Below are positions 62,858-64,000 of a stretch of 64,000 nt of DNA, one piece after another. Source of the stretch: Octopus bimaculoides (Eukaryota); contig NC_068987.1 in NCBI RefSeq assembly GCF_001194135.2, positions 106,784,851-106,848,850 on the forward strand. Reading direction: 5' to 3'. The first letter of the stretch is position 1, and every line of letters starts with the position of its first letter. The notes below the pieces were generated by a model. The model had not been told where the DNA came from. It ran no database searches and saw nothing but the letters and a program-made list of their open reading frames with translations. A program made the translations under genes and the position numbers.

Positions 62858-64000
62858 TACAGGGTGCGTAAGATATTTGAGGAAATACATTTTTGGGTCA
62901 TTGCTGCATTTTTTGCCAACTCTCTATAATCTTTTTTTCTTTTCAGAAAATAATAATGACGCATCCTCATCTTACTCAAGAAATGAAGAGGCATGCCGTT
63001 ACTGTGGTTATAAAAGCTGAGCATAGGGATTTAGAAGCATCTGGATTTTTAAAAGTTACCAGATCTTTCGATTACAAGGTTTGCAAGGAGCTAGAGACGG
63101 GAGATAGAAACATAGCAACAATATCAAAGCATTATAAGCGTCCGAAGCGCCCCGAAATAATCAGAACACCTAAATTTATACATCATGATCAACAGACCAT
63201 CGATTACAATCCCAGAAAGTCCATGAGGTCAATTGCAAAAGAACTCCATGTTTCAGAAGGAACAGTGAGAAATGTTTACGACGAAGACATCAGATATAAG
63301 TCTTATATGATGAGGAAAGGTCAATTTGTCTGAAAAAGCAAAACAAAAAATCACTACCTCAGATATAAAAAGCTCTTAAACGAATTCAAACAACCAGCAA
63401 AAGAACATTTGACTTGAATTCACGCAATCGGGAAAAACTTCGACCAAGATAAAACATTTAACAGTAGAAATGACAGATGGTTTTGTGCAGACCCTTCTGA
63501 AGTTCCAAGTGTTATGCATACAAAATTTCCTGAACCTGTCAGGGTTTTAAAGGTTGTCAACAATGAAGGACATGTGATGTCTCCTAACTTATTTCCAAAA
63601 GGCCTTAGAGTTAAATCTACCGTCGTGGAAATTATTGTTAAGCCGTGGATATACAGTGTATTCAATGAAGGTCATATTTGCTTCAATAAGACTCTGCAGT
63701 ATCGAACATGGCTCTAATAAAACAGGAATGGATGGCTGAAAATTTCATGATCATATAACCCCTTACATTTTCCTCCTAATTCACCAGATCTCAATCCATT
63801 GGACTCTAACATGTGGAGCGTTGTTGAGAGAGAGGTCAATGAACACGCCCATAGCACCAAAGATTCTTGAAAGCTGCCATGGTCAAACTAATGCCCACAA
63901 TGAACCTGAACTACCTGATTCGAGCATGTACATGATTTCGATCTCATGTAGAAGCAGCTGTTGAAGCGGAAGGTGGCTTCATTGGAAATAAGGCTTAATA
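62858..64000 (+). mobile_element. DD37D/maT-type Tc1/mariner transposon, degenerate, running off the window end
   Basis: The TIR starts TA-CAGGGTG at 62858. From the ATG at 62956 it reads IIRTPKF..NPRKSMRSIAKELHVSEGTVRN..EDIRYKSY..RKGQF, then EKNFDQD..NDRW..VPSVMHTKFP, VKPWI, Q*DSA, PPNSPDLNPLD (third catalytic residue D) and VEAAVEAEGGFI. Confidence 0.93.

Noticed and set aside
1-64000. CRISPR array, prokaryotic operon or defence system
   Set aside because: There are no regularly spaced repeats with unique spacers and no dense coding. The window has the character of eukaryotic repeat-rich DNA.

Overview
This is an AT-rich eukaryotic window, dense in microsatellites, with many N gaps that are mostly flanked by simple repeats. 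The SINE families and repeat landscape look like an Octopus (cephalopod) draft assembly, which is an inference. I cannot support any intact host protein-coding gene, rRNA, real tRNA gene or CRISPR array, so the window reads as intergenic or intronic DNA. It is filled with decayed mobile elements: three tRNA-derived SINE families (working names SINE-A, -B, -C), six Tc1/mariner relics (Tc1, mariner, DD37D/maT), three Penelope-like retroelement (PLE) copies from two lineages, an L1/Tx1-type LINE 3' end, an RLE-type LINE fragment and a hAT relic. The most interesting signal lies outside the ORF track. It is a set of type I hammerhead-ribozyme folds: a near-complete one at 11313-11390 (-), a minimal one with palindromic stem III just 3' of a PLE endonuclease at 58389-58430 (+), and several decayed relatives. 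Also notable are a 3' tail shared between a SINE subfamily and the Tx1-type LINE, and an in-frame TGA at the same codon in two diverged PLE copies. All folds and alignments were done by eye; none was computed.
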